From: Nitrospirota bacterium | GTDB taxonomy: Bacteria; Nitrospirota; Thermodesulfovibrionia; Thermodesulfovibrionales; Dissulfurispiraceae | NCBI GenBank assembly: GCA_963710375.1 | Contig: CAVPZX010000003.1 | Location: forward strand, 32,001-96,000 | Length of the DNA: 64,000 nt | Direction of reading: 5' to 3' | In this document: piece after piece, positions 1 through 10,257 of the stretch | How the letters are laid out: every line of letters begins with the position of its first letter | How positions within the stretch are numbered: position 1 is the first letter of the stretch | Position numbers and translations under genes: made by a program | Notes under the pieces: generated by a model | Database searches by the model: none | The model's input: only the letters and a program-made list of their open reading frames with translations | Told to the model about the DNA's origin: nothing

Positions 1-1750
1 CAAGGCCGAACCGCTCGGCATGTATTATGACCATGAGTGACGCATTCGGCACATCTACGCCGACCTCGATAACCGTTGTTGATACTAGTATCTGCAGCGC
101 GCCGTTTTTAAACTCCCGCATCACTTCCTCTCTCTCTGCAGGTTTCATTCTGCCGTGGATGAGTCCGACTTTGAACTGGGGAAACTTTACTCTCAACGCC
201 TCCATGCCTGTTATGGCCGCCTTCAGATTAGTTTTATCCGATTCCTCGATAACAGGGTAAACAATATAAACCTGTTTCCCTTTTCTAACCTGTTCCTCTA
301 TGAGTCGATAAATATATTCTTTCTGCTTCTCGGAAAGCTGCCGCGTAATGACAGGGCTCCGGTTCGGCGGGAGCTCGTCTATGATAGAGTAATCAAGGTC
401 TCCGTAGAGGGTGAGGGCGAGCGTCCTGGGGATGGGTGTGGCGGTCATTATCAGAGTGTCGGGGTTTGTTCCTTTTTTCCTGAGTGTAGCCCGTTGCATC
501 ACTCCGAAACGGTGCTGTTCATCTATGACGATAAGCCCCAGATTTTTGAATGAGACCCCTTCCTGTATCAGTGCATGTGTGCCGACCACAATATTGGCAT
601 CGCCCGACGAGATGGTCTCAATGTTTTTATTCTTTTTGCTTCCGGTCAGCAGATGGATTTTCAATCCCAGGCTTTCGACAAGCGTATGGATATTCAGGTA
701 ATGTTGTTCGGCGAGTATTTCGGTCGGCGCCATCAGTGCAGCCTGGTAGCCGGACTCGACAGCGGCGAGCATTGCCAGGAGTGCTACTATGGTCTTACCC
801 GAGCCTACGTCACCCTGAATGAGACGGTTCATAGGGGCCGGTGATTTCATATCACGCAGTATATCAACCAACACACGCTCCTGCGCCCCGGTCAGAGTAA
901 AAGGCAGTACACTGCGCAAACGGTCAGACAGTATTCCGTCCGGACTGAACGCAATGCCCTTTTCGAGTGCATCGCCCTTTTTTATGATTGTAAGGCCGGC
1001 CTGAAAAGTAAATAGTTCATCAAAAGAAAGACGCTGATGATAAGGGCTTGTTCCGCTGTTAAGCATATCCACAGAAACGGGGGGTTCCGGAAAATGAACG
1101 TTCGCCAGGCTTTCGCGCAGGCCGGGCAGACGGTGCCGGGTGATGATTTCCGGCGGAATGGTGTCCTGTACGGACTGGACAGCGCTATTTACTATCGCAT
1201 ACATGATGTTTCTCAGCTGCTTTTGTGAGAGTCCTTCTGTTAAGCGGTAAACAGGCACGATGCGGCCGGTATGTATTTGGTCAGTCAGTGAGTGGGCAGG
1301 GTCGTCATCACCATCATCGATGATTTCATATTCCGGGTTTGTCATCTCGAAACCCGAACCCCAATAATTCAGTTTAACTATGCCGTATAGGACAACTTCC
1401 TGACCAGGTTTGAAAAGTTTTTTCAGGTATACCTGGTTAAACCATTTTGCTTTCAAAGCACCGCTGCTGTCCGCAATTACCAGTTCGAACAACCGCAGAC
1501 GGGGCCTTCTAGGGTTCGGCGTTACTATTTCTGAGCTGACTACCTTTCCTGATATGGTCTTTGACCCGGCATCCAACTGATAGCGGGCAAGTTCTGCGAT
1601 CTTTATTAAGGTACTTCTGTCCTCGTACCGGTAAGGCAGGTGAAAGAGTGCGTCTCTTATGGTGTTAATTCCGAGGCGCGTAAGAAATCGGGCCCTTTGG
1701 GGCCCGACCCCTTTTACGTATTGGACAGGAGAGGCAAGATCACAACCCAT
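1..1750 (-). CDS. recG: ATP-dependent DNA helicase RecG (3' end runs off the window)
   Basis: Manual translation: start MGCDLASPVQYVKGVGPQRARFL...HLPYRYEDR, window edge ...ILVSTTVIEVGVDVPNASLMVIIHAERFGL in the same frame. Absent from the ORF track because there is no stop in the window. Confidence 0.95.
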   Translation of the reverse strand, partial: MGCDLASPVQYVKGVGPQRARFLTRLGINTIRDALFHLPYRYEDRSTLIKIAELARYQLDAGSKTISGKVVSSEIVTPNPRRPRLRLFELVIADSSGALKAKWFNQVYLKKLFKPGQEVVLYGIVKLNYWGSGFEMTNPEYEIIDDGDDDPAHSLTDQIHTGRIVPVYRLTEGLSQKQLRNIMYAIVNSAVQSVQDTIPPEIITRHRLPGLRESLANVHFPEPPVSVDMLNSGTSPYHQRLSFDELFTFQAGLTIIKKGDALEKGIAFSPDGILSDRLRSVLPFTLTGAQERVLVDILRDMKSPAPMNRLIQGDVGSGKTIVALLAMLAAVESGYQAALMAPTEILAEQHYLNIHTLVESLGLKIHLLTGSKKNKNIETISSGDANIVVGTHALIQEGVSFKNLGLIVIDEQHRFGVMQRATLRKKGTNPDTLIMTATPIPRTLALTLYGDLDYSIIDELPPNRSPVITRQLSEKQKEYIYRLIEEQVRKGKQVYIVYPVIEESDKTNLKAAITGMEALRVKFPQFKVGLIHGRMKPAEREEVMREFKNGALQILVSTTVIEVGVDVPNASLMVIIHAERFGL

Positions 1751-2853
1751 TACTCTTTGCTTGCTTTGTCTCTAGCAGAGCTTTATCGAGGGATTTGTCC
1801 GTTTCTTCCAATTTTATTTTGGCATAGTCTGATTCACTTAATATCTCTATCTCCCATCCGGTCAGTTTTGTCGCAAGCTTTATATTTTGCCCGCGTTTTC
1901 CTATGGCCAGAGATAGTTGATGGTCATCAGCTATGACCATGGCAGTTTTTTCATCGTCATTGATGCCTACCCTGTCTACTGTTGCAGGAGTAAGCGCCCT
2001 TGCGATGAATATGCGCGGGTCCTCGCTCCATGGGATTATATCGATCCTCTCCCCCCTCAGTTCCCTCACAATCGACTGTACCCTGGTCCCTTTCATCCCA
2101 ACGCAGGCGCCGACCGCATCTATCGAGCCTGTCTTTCGAAAATACCGCTATTTTTGTCCTGTCTCCGGGTTCCCTGGCTATGCCCTTTATGACAACAACA
2201 CCGTCATTTATTTCAGGCACTTCCATTTTAAAAAGGCCCATGATAAAGTTGGGATCGGTCCTCGAAAGCATAATTGCGGGGCCTTTAGCCGTCTGGCGGA
2301 CTTCCGAGAGGTATGCCTTTACCATGTCTCCTCTCTTTAAAGTCTCGGTGGGCAGGGCCTCGCGCTGGAGCATTACTGCCTCTGTCTTGCCCAGACTAAT
2401 ATAGTAAACGTTTCTCTCTTTTCTCAGTACCGTGCCGCTGATGATTTGGCCGGACTTATCCTTGAATTCGTCGAAGATAATGTCCCGTTCTGCTTCCCTT
2501 ACTCTTTGAAACAGCACCTGCTTTGCTGTTTGGGCTGCTATCCTCCCGAAATCCTGGAGCTGGATAGGCAGTTCAATTTCGTCTCCGATTTTCACATCGG
2601 GAAATGTTTTTGAAGCATCGACCTCGCTTATTTCTTCATCCCTGTTGGTGATTGTGTCGGCTACTTTTTTTGTCTCGTATACCTGAATGTCGCAGGTTTT
2701 ATTATCTATTCTGAGGTTGATATTCGTCCTGCCGCCATATTTCTTTCTGGCAGCCGACAAGAGCGCAGCCTCAAGGACTTTGACGAGTGCCTCACGGGAG
2801 ATACCTTTCTCCCTGCTGATCTGATCTATTACAGAACATAGTTCTTTTGTCAT
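1740..2853 (-). CDS. nusA: Transcription termination/antitermination factor NusA (one +1 frameshift near 2128, probably a sequencing error)
   Basis: N-terminal ORF has FGRIAAQTAKQV and AREPGDRTKIAV; C-terminal ORF has GMKGTRVQ...ERIDII and SLAIGKRGQN. Removing one base joins them (span 1114 = 3n+1). Confidence 0.95.
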
Positions 2854-2878
2854 GGCCTATCCCTCTGATTATATTTAT

Positions 2879-3376
2879 TTAAAAATCCTTTGGATTATTT
2901 TTTTTCATCTCTATTTCCAGCCGCGCCTTTGAGATATTACCGGATGGGATAAAAATGTCCTTTTCTCCGGTTTTAGCCTCAATTTTTATCCTTACCCAGC
3001 CTTCTCCGACATCGACGATTCTTCCTATGAAGAAAGTCTGTCCATCTATTTTTTCGGACGTAACGATCCTCGCCAGCCTGCCGATATTATTCTCAAAATC
3101 CCTTTGTGTTACCAGAGGCCTGTCAATACCGGGAGACGAAACTTCAAGCACATACGGTCCGTTTATCGGGTCCTCAACGTCGAGAAGCGCTTCAAGGCTC
3201 CTGCTCATCCTTTCACAATCCCCGATAGTCACTCCCCCGCTCTTGTCCACGACCACCCTCAGCAAAAGCCGCCTGCCGCTGCCCAGTAAGTGGGTGCTGA
3301 CAACCTCCAACCCTTCGCCTTCAGCAGCATTACAGGCGAGTTGGTGCACCTTTTGTTTTATCCCATTTGTTTCCAT
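2879..3376 (-). CDS. rimP: Ribosome maturation factor RimP
   Basis: YVLEVSSPGIDRPL motif; directly upstream of nusA. Confidence 0.95.
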   Translation of the reverse strand: METNGIKQKVHQLACNAAEGEGLEVVSTHLLGSGRRLLLRVVVDKSGGVTIGDCERMSRSLEALLDVEDPINGPYVLEVSSPGIDRPLVTQRDFENNIGRLARIVTSEKIDGQTFFIGRIVDVGEGWVRIKIEAKTGEKDIFIPSGNISKARLEIEMKKNNPKDF

Positions 3377-3389
3377 AAGTCCCTAAAAC

Positions 3390-3415
3390 AAAAGAGTGGG
3401 GTTCCCCACTCTTTT
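3390..3415 (-). promoter_or_regulatory. rimP leader hairpin (terminator-like attenuator)
   Basis: AAAAGAGTGGGG-tt-CCCCACTCTTTT inverted repeat with a U-rich tail just 5' of rimP; resembles the conserved GAGTGGG...CCCACT rimP leader. Confidence 0.7.
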
Positions 3416-3461
3416 AATGTAATTCATACAAATATATAGAAAATATAACAGTTTTTCGATG

Positions 3462-3506
3462 AAAAAAGCAACACCATGAGGGCTATTTAGCCCTCATGGT
3501 GTTTTT
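3462..3506. terminator. Rho-independent terminator, possibly bidirectional, downstream of the Pro/Ala lipoprotein gene
   Basis: 15-bp stem AACACCATGAGGGCT/AGCCCTCATGGTGTT flanked by A and T runs. Confidence 0.85.
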
Positions 3507-3518
3507 GATATAGATAGA

Positions 3519-3722
3519 CTACTTATTAGGAGCTGGTGCTGGAGCCGGAGCTGGAGCAGGAGCCGGAGCTGGAGCCTCACCCGCCTTTTGCTCAGGAGCT
3601 GGTGCAGGAGCAGGAGCTGGTGCTGGAGCCGGTGCTGGCTCTTCAGCCTTCTTGCAGCTGACTGCAAAGGTAAATGCTACAACAAGCAATAAGGAAAGAA
3701 TTAAAGCTAAAACCTTTTTCAA
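3519..3722 (-). CDS. Small Pro/Ala-repeat lipoprotein
   Basis: SD AGGAGGTG before TTG 3722; signal peptide ending FAVS-C; mature part is almost only (PA)n. Confidence 0.8.
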   Translation of the reverse strand: MKKVLALILSLLLVVAFTFAVSCKKAEEPAPAPAPAPAPAPAPEQKAGEAPAPAPAPAPAPAPAPNK

Positions 3723-3902
3723 ATTTGTCACCTCCTTCCAAAATTCTTAACCACCATAAAATTAGGGGCATAATCTTAACATCATCATTAATAACATATA
3801 TGCACTTTCTTGTCAAGAATAAAAACGATTTTCTATATTTTTCATCAGTCCTTCAAAGAGCACTAAAAGTGGTCCGACGCCAAGAAATTCGTCCGCCGGC
3901 CA

Positions 3903-4673
3903 TTATTTCCGCCTTTCAAAAACATTGCCCGCTATCATGACAAAAACAATTGAGGAAGAGGCAATAACCGCAATATCGAGACCGAGCGGAAAATCGTGCG
4001 CCACAAGTGTGTTCATGGGGAAGACCATGTATTTCAGAGCGTCGATACCGTATGTCAAGGGATTAATTCTCGTAAATATGCCGAGCACGTGAGGGAGCAG
4101 TTTGACCGGATACATTGCCCCGGACAAAAAGAACATGGGCATGACAATGAAATTCATTATGACGCTGAAACTTTCAAAGCTTTCGTAAAAGCTGGCAATG
4201 AGAATGCCCAATGACGAGAGGCAGAACGCCAGCAGCATTGAAACACACAGAGCCAGTAAGACTTGTGAGAGGCCTAGTCTGAGGCCGAGCAGGGGGAAAA
4301 GCAGCACTATGAGAAGTGCCTGGATGGTAGAAACCGCGGTGCCGCTGAGCGCTTTTCCAACCACTATGGAGAACCTGGATACCGGAGCAGCCAGCATCTC
4401 TTTCATGAAGCCGAATTCCTTGTCCCAAATTATGGATATAGAGGAGAAAATGGAGCTGAAGAGGATGGTCATGCCGATAATACCGGGAAATATGAATTGC
4501 ATATAAGGGACGCCCATAGCCGGGGAAACGACCCTCGACATACCGCCGCCGACAAGAAAAAGCCATATTAACGGACGGGCAAGCGTTGAAACGAGCCTTC
4601 CGCGCTCCCTCACAAATTTTATGAGTTCCCTTGCCACAACGACATATACGGCGTTGAAGTCAGACCGTATCAT
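3903..4673 (-). CDS. ABC-2 type exporter permease (DrrB-like)
   Basis: Hydrophobic; DKEFGFMKEMLAAP, FFLSGAMYP and NPLTY motifs. Confidence 0.9.
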   Translation of the reverse strand: MIRSDFNAVYVVVARELIKFVRERGRLVSTLARPLIWLFLVGGGMSRVVSPAMGVPYMQFIFPGIIGMTILFSSIFSSISIIWDKEFGFMKEMLAAPVSRFSIVVGKALSGTAVSTIQALLIVLLFPLLGLRLGLSQVLLALCVSMLLAFCLSSLGILIASFYESFESFSVIMNFIVMPMFFLSGAMYPVKLLPHVLGIFTRINPLTYGIDALKYMVFPMNTLVAHDFPLGLDIAVIASSSIVFVMIAGNVFERRK

Positions 4674-5672
4674 TTGTCAAACTTTCTCCTGTATGACCGT
4701 ATGGAGTCCTTGATTTCATTATTGCCTGAAACCGTTTCAGGCCGAATATCTTTACCGGTGAGTTTTAAAAAAACATCATTCAGCGCGGGCCTCTGGAGAC
4801 GGACAGAAATTACGCTGTCATTGAGCGCGCTGATCAGTTTTGGAATACATGCATCGCCGTTCCCAGAAACCGGAATGTAAACTTCCCCGTTAAGCTCTCC
4901 GCCCGCCTGGGCGGGGAGATGGAGCAGAGTTCGTATATCCTGAAGCGCACGTGCATTGTCATGTGTTTTCAGATAAATGACGTCCCCGCCGGCCATTTTT
5001 TTCAGCTCCTCGGGCGAGCCCTGGGCGATAATTTTACCATTATCGATAATAGCAATCCTGCCGCATATTTCAGCCTCTTCCATGTAGTGTGTAGTCATGA
5101 ATATGGTGACTCCCTGCTCTTCCGGCAGCTTTGATATGAATTCCCACAGATTTGTCCTGCTCTGGGGGTCCAGGCCTAGCGTCGGCTCATCAAGGAACAA
5201 TATTTTAGGCTGATGAACAATGCTCCGGGCAACTTCCAGCCGCCTCTTCATTCCCCCCGAGAACTTTTTAACCGGGTCGTCCTTCCTTCCGATCAGGCCC
5301 ACAAATCTCAGCGCGTCTTCTATCCTCTTTTTGCGCCCGCTTTTCGGCACACTGTATAGATACGAGTGAAAGAGCAGGTTCTCGTAAGCCGTGAGCCTCC
5401 TTGTCCAGAGTATTGTCCTGGAATACGATACCTATCTTTTTTCTCACTTCTGCGGAGTCTTTCACGCAGTCCTGTCCATCTATCATTGCGCTGCCGGAAC
5501 TTGGGTATAGGAGCGTGCATAGTATGCTTATAGTAGTGGTTTTCCCTGCACCGTTGGGACCCAGGAAGCCGAAGATAGACCCCTTTTCCACCTCAAAAGA
5601 TATCCCGTCAACAGCAGTTACTGCGCCGAATTTTTTGGTCAGGTCTTTGACTTCGATCATGGCTGTTTGCAT
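4670..5672 (-). CDS. ABC exporter ATP-binding protein (DrrA-like; +1 frameshift near 5396)
   Basis: Walker A GPNGAGKTT in the upstream ORF; FSGGMKRR and LFLDEPT in the downstream ORF; removing one base restores LDKELTAYENL. Confidence 0.9.
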
Positions 5673-5820
5673 AAGTACTGTCTGTTCAACTCCTTATAGT
5701 GGCCGCAACTATTAAGTATAACCAATCCCACGGCATATTTCTATTTTTGCTTTCAACACGGGCGTCCGGATTTTCAGGGGCAGAATCCTGAGATGTTTTG
5801 AGAAGATTCATGTGGGGACT

Positions 5821-6067
5821 GCAATTCAGACAGTGCAATGAAGGACATGTCTCTTACGCTCAGGCGCTACGTCCTGACAGTTCTAACGGCTTGTTCGCTA
5901 CAGTCGCAAAACTCTTCCGCCACCCCACAAAGTCTTCGACTTTTTGGGGACCCCGGTTCTTCGGGCTCAGACATTGCGCCTGTTAGACGCTTACTTCGCC
6001 GAGAACTGTTACCAGGACTTCGCGATTCGCTTCAGAGACACATCCTTCATTGCACTGTCTGAATTGC
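5821..6067. mobile_element. MITE-like element, family A (247 bp, highly self-complementary)
   Basis: Perfect 25-bp terminal inverted repeat GCAATTCAGACAGTGCAATGAAGGA (34 bp with 2 mismatches), internal nested stems, no transposase. Confidence 0.7.
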
Positions 6068-6086
6068 GGATGCGGGGATTCTTAGC

Positions 6087-6132
6087 TTGACGCGGCTATC
6101 ACCATTGATATAGGATACAGACCGGTTGGTAT
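6087..6132 (+). promoter_or_regulatory. Putative sigma70 promoter and TetR operator
   Basis: TTGACG at 6087, TAGGAT at 6111; imperfect palindrome ATACAGACCGGTTGGTAT at 6115-6132, 21 nt before the tetR start. Confidence 0.55.
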
Positions 6133-6153
6133 ATTATTCATGCTAGAGGAATC

Positions 6154-6777
6154 GTGAAAAACAAGGGTTGTCAAACACGGCAGGTTATCATTGCGAAGGC
6201 CTTGGAGCTTTTTTCGGTCAAAGGATATTTCAATACTTCCATAAATGATATCCTTGAGGCGACTGGGTTGACCAAAGGGGGGCTTTACGGCCATTTTCAA
6301 AGCAAAGAAGCCCTTTGGGATGCTGCTTACGATGAGGCTGTAAAAATATGGAGGGAGATCATCTTCAGGGATATTAAGGAAACTATGAATCCACTCGAAA
6401 GGATAAGGCGCTTGATAAGAAACGATATGTGCAACTATCTTGGGAAAGAGGTTTTCCCGGGAGGGTGCTTTTTCCTGAATATGCTGGTTGAACTCGCCGG
6501 GCAGTCGGAGGAGATGAAAAAACGTATATTGCGGGGTTTTAAGGGGGTTGAACGACTCATAACATCCTGGCTCAAAGAGGCGGAACAGATGGGCATTGTG
6601 GTTCCGGGATTGGATCATGAGGAAATAAGCAACTTTATATTCATCACTTTAAATGGTGCGGCAGCACTTTACGCTGCGACCAGGGATCCTAAGGTCTGGA
6701 GGCGGACCGTCAACCAACTTAGTGTTTATCTCAAGAATTTTGAAACTCAGGAGGTATGCTCTGATGGAAAAGGTTAA
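6154..6777 (+). CDS. TetR/AcrR family transcriptional regulator
   Basis: N-terminal HTH ...GLTKGGLYGHFQSKEAL; GGCF motif. Confidence 0.92.
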   Translation: MKNKGCQTRQVIIAKALELFSVKGYFNTSINDILEATGLTKGGLYGHFQSKEALWDAAYDEAVKIWREIIFRDIKETMNPLERIRRLIRNDMCNYLGKEVFPGGCFFLNMLVELAGQSEEMKKRILRGFKGVERLITSWLKEAEQMGIVVPGLDHEEISNFIFITLNGAAALYAATRDPKVWRRTVNQLSVYLKNFETQEVCSDGKG

Positions 6778-7540
6778 ATATGAGAAGAAGAACCGGATTG
6801 GCTATGTCACTCTAAACCGTCCGGATGTGCTCAACGCACTGGACGACGATCTAAATGATGCTCTATGGCAAGTTTGGTCTGAGTTCAGCGCCGACGATTC
6901 CATTGATGTCGCGATCCTAACAGGGTCTGGCAGATCGTTTTGCGCAGGGGCAGACCTTAAGACCTGGCTGCCAAAGTGGGAGCACGCAAATATGCTCGAC
7001 ATTCGAAAAAATGCGAAAAAAGGCATCGGCGGTGGTATCACAAGAGGACAGCACTGGATTAACAAACCAATCATAGCAGCAATAAATGGCCACGCAATTG
7101 GCGGTGGTTTTGAACTGGCACTGGCTTGCGATATTCGCATAGCCTCCGAGACTGCTCAATTCGGTTCGTTCGAGGTACGTTATGGATTGCATTCAGGAGA
7201 CGGAGGTATCGTACGCCTTGTCGCCATCGCCGGACTTGCCGTCGCTTTGGACTTGGCGCTAACTGGACGCGCAATAACAGCAACTGAGGCGTACCAGTTA
7301 GGGTTAGTAAATAAAGTTGTCCCTCAGGATGAACTAATCCCTACGGCTGAAGTTTACGCCAATATGATATTGGGGAACAGCCAACAGGCTGTCCGGTCAG
7401 CAAAAGAAACCATCCTTGAGATGGTGGGCCGCGCCCTGGACGATGCTTTGAAACTTGAGACAATCAATGCCTATTCGAGCTTGGGCGATTTTAATGAGGT
7501 AAGAGACAGACTGAAAACATTCTACAACAAAGACAAGTGA
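6764..7540 (+). CDS. Enoyl-CoA hydratase/isomerase (crotonase) family protein
   Basis: LNRPDVLNAL, FCAGADL, AINGHAIGGGFELALACDIR; start at ATG 6764 after SD. Confidence 0.92.
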   Translation: MEKVKYEKKNRIGYVTLNRPDVLNALDDDLNDALWQVWSEFSADDSIDVAILTGSGRSFCAGADLKTWLPKWEHANMLDIRKNAKKGIGGGITRGQHWINKPIIAAINGHAIGGGFELALACDIRIASETAQFGSFEVRYGLHSGDGGIVRLVAIAGLAVALDLALTGRAITATEAYQLGLVNKVVPQDELIPTAEVYANMILGNSQQAVRSAKETILEMVGRALDDALKLETINAYSSLGDFNEVRDRLKTFYNKDK

Positions 7541-7573
7541 CATTAGCAATATAAGAGATAGGAAACAAGCAAA

Positions 7574-7993
7574 ATGGAACGTAACATAGAAGTGACGGAG
7601 GAGGAGCTGAAACAAGCTCTATCAGAATCGGCATTTGCCAGAATTTACAATTTCAATCTTCAGTCGTTTGGGAGCGGTGAATGCACACTAATGATACCTT
7701 TTCAGGAGTACCTTGAGCGACTCGGAGGTATCGTTGCCGGTTCGATTTTCATGACAGCAGCAGACGTGACAATGTGGCTGGCGATAATGACGCTACTTGG
7801 AAGAGGAAGGGGCTCTATGACAGTGACTACTGATTTGAAGACGGCCTTTCTCCGCCCGGCAAAACAAGAAGATGTAAAATGCACGGCAAATATTCTCAAG
7901 ATGGGGAAGAGTCTGATTTATGGAGTCGCTGAATGCTGCAATATGGAAGGCAAAATTCTAACGCATCATACGATCACGTACATAAGAAAATGA
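7574..7993 (+). CDS. PaaI family thioesterase (hot-dog fold)
   Basis: GIVAGSIFMTAADVT and TTDLKTAFLRPA motifs. Confidence 0.85.
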   Translation: MERNIEVTEEELKQALSESAFARIYNFNLQSFGSGECTLMIPFQEYLERLGGIVAGSIFMTAADVTMWLAIMTLLGRGRGSMTVTTDLKTAFLRPAKQEDVKCTANILKMGKSLIYGVAECCNMEGKILTHHTITYIRK

Positions 7994-8180
7994 TGAGGGC
8001 ATCGGTATGGCTTGACATGTTAAGACATTAAACTGGACAACCGTCCCATTTAATGTTCCTGAATGATGACAATAACCCAAACCAATCGCTTCATGGGATC
8101 GACGGGAAACTGCCTAGCCTCACCATGACCGCAGACATTGGCCATAGATAATTAAACGATACTACTGATAAAATAACTGC

Positions 8181-8912
8181 ATGAATCAGCATGAAATCCT
8201 GCAACACCTGCCTGCTCTCAGTGCGAAAGCTGTTGCTCATTACTGGCAAACGCGGTCTATACAACGAAAGAAACAGGAACAGGCTGGAAAGGCTGATCAA
8301 GGGTTGAGAAGCGCTGTGACCGGCGGCGCACAGATGAATGGATTTATTGACTTGTTTACGGAGCTTATTACCCAGAGCGGCATACCTGAGCGATATGTAT
8401 TCCGAAAGAAGGCCATTCAACTTCCGGGTTTCTTTCGCCCCACTAAAGAATGGGACCTTCTCATTGTTAGGGAACGGACATTAATTGCTGCCATTGAAGC
8501 CAAATCCCACGTTGGCCCTTCCTTCGGCAACAACTTCAATAATCGGACAGAGGAAGCAATGGGAAGCGCCCTTGACCTGTGGACAGCCTATCGTGAGCGT
8601 GCATATCTTGACAGTCCTCAACCCTTTCTCGGATATTTTTTTATGCTTGAGGATTGTGAGGCATCAAATAGGCCAGTCAGCGTTAAGGAACCCCATTTCG
8701 AGGTATTCCCTGAATTTCATGGAGCTTCATATATGCGCCGCTATGAACTTTTTTGCCGGAAACTTGTTTTAGAGCGCCATTATTCTGCTTCCGCCTTTAT
8801 AACCTCATCCAGTAACGACGGTCTTAATGGGTTATTCAAAATGCCTGCAGATGATCTGTCAATTGAACGTTTTGCAAAGATTCTCGTCGCCCATGTGACG
8901 ACTTTTGTGTAA
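8181..8912 (+). CDS. Type II restriction endonuclease, XhoI/PaeR7I family
   Basis: LPGFFRPTKEWD...IEAKS...SFGNNFNNRTEEA motif; overlaps the methyltransferase gene. Confidence 0.85.
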   Translation: MNQHEILQHLPALSAKAVAHYWQTRSIQRKKQEQAGKADQGLRSAVTGGAQMNGFIDLFTELITQSGIPERYVFRKKAIQLPGFFRPTKEWDLLIVRERTLIAAIEAKSHVGPSFGNNFNNRTEEAMGSALDLWTAYRERAYLDSPQPFLGYFFMLEDCEASNRPVSVKEPHFEVFPEFHGASYMRRYELFCRKLVLERHYSASAFITSSSNDGLNGLFKMPADDLSIERFAKILVAHVTTFV

Positions 8913-9825
8913 ATCGATGCAGTCTACGGCCCACAGATTAATCAATGCTGATTCAAGAGACCTGTCTTTCCTGGCGGACGAGTCAGTGCATCTTGTAGTG
9001 ACGTCGCCTCCATACTGGAATCTCAAGCGTTATAACGAGAACCCGCATCAGCTTGGCCATGTCCAGGACTACGAAGCATTCCTTGCCGAGTTGGAGAAGG
9101 TTTGGAGGCAAATGTTTCGTATTCTTGTGCCTGGAGGGCGCTTAGTTTGTGTTGTTGGAGATGTCTGCGTTGCCCGGCGCACCTTTGGTCGGCATCTCGT
9201 TTTTCCGCTTCATGCAGACATCTGCGTCCTATGCAGGCGCATTGGTTTTGACAACCTTAACCCGATCATCTGGCACAAAATTAGTAATGCATCATATGAG
9301 GTTTCAAATGGATCGAGGTTTCTCGGCAAACCCTACGAACCGAACGCCATTATCAAGAATGATATGGAATTTATTCTTATGCAGAGAAAACCAGGTGGAT
9401 ACAGGAAGCCGACAAACGCACAGCGCGAGGCGAGCAAATTAACGAAAAAGGAGTTTGATCTCTGGTTTCAGCAGATATGGAATATTACAGGAGCTTCAAC
9501 CAAGAACCACCCGGCGCCGTTTCCCATGGAACTTGCCAAACGTTTGGTTCGGATGTTCTCTTTTGTTGGGGATACCGTGCTTGATCCATTTTGCGGATCG
9601 GGTACAACTATGGTTGCAGCACTGCGAACGGGCCGCGACAGTATAGGGGTTGAAATCGATCCTGAATATTGCCGGATGGCGGCCCGTTACCTAAAGGCTG
9701 AAACCGCGGGCCTTTTTTCAAATGCAAAGCTCCTCTTTGAAAGGAGCAGTACGGAGCAAGCGTGCCTTGTCAGGGAAGATCAAGCACTATACGAAGTCAG
9801 ACCAGCAAAAAAGAAATTAGAATAG
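8905..9825 (+). CDS. DNA methyltransferase, beta-class N4/N6 (SPPY, probably m4C)
   Basis: Motif IV TSPPY precedes HPAPFP and motif I DPFCGSG. Confidence 0.92.
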   Translation: MCKSMQSTAHRLINADSRDLSFLADESVHLVVTSPPYWNLKRYNENPHQLGHVQDYEAFLAELEKVWRQMFRILVPGGRLVCVVGDVCVARRTFGRHLVFPLHADICVLCRRIGFDNLNPIIWHKISNASYEVSNGSRFLGKPYEPNAIIKNDMEFILMQRKPGGYRKPTNAQREASKLTKKEFDLWFQQIWNITGASTKNHPAPFPMELAKRLVRMFSFVGDTVLDPFCGSGTTMVAALRTGRDSIGVEIDPEYCRMAARYLKAETAGLFSNAKLLFERSSTEQACLVREDQALYEVRPAKKKLE

Positions 9826-9885
9826 GCCAATAGTTAAGCCTGACCTTATTGCTCTAGACATAACTGGTATATTTATCGTTAAACG

Positions 9886-10257
9886 GTGATAATGCTGAAA
9901 GAAATAATAATAGTAATTGGGCACGCTCTTGTGGGTTGGGGTCTATGTGGAGCAACGATTGGAATAGGCCGTAATGTAACGTCAATGGAAAATACATTGA
10001 TTATTCATGCAGTAGCGGCCCCGGTTATTTTCGCAGTGATTTCTCTTTTGTATTTTAAGAAAGTGAATCATTATTCTCCTCTTTTTATTGCAACATTCTT
10101 TGTGGGCTTTGTAGTATTTATGGACATCGTTGTTGTGGCGACATTAATTGAGAGAGATTTCTCGATGTTTAAGAGCATCATTGGCACATGGATTCCGTTT
10201 CTCACTATATTCCTATCAGCACTTATAACAGGAAAAATGATAAAAAAAGGCGTCTAA
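9886..10257 (+). CDS. Hypothetical membrane protein (about 4 TM)
   Basis: Hydrophobic 123-aa ORF, AT-rich. Confidence 0.7.
   Translation: MIMLKEIIIVIGHALVGWGLCGATIGIGRNVTSMENTLIIHAVAAPVIFAVISLLYFKKVNHYSPLFIATFFVGFVVFMDIVVVATLIERDFSMFKSIIGTWIPFLTIFLSALITGKMIKKGV

Noticed and set aside
27..1228. Plus-strand ORFs listed in the track
   Set aside because: They are antisense shadows of recG; most other short overlapping ORFs were dismissed the same way.
1740..2853. nusA, thrS, coxI and the ABC ATPase as pseudogenes or programmed frameshifts
   Set aside because: The genes are otherwise intact and some are normally essential; no canonical slippery heptamer was seen; a single extra base explains each shift.
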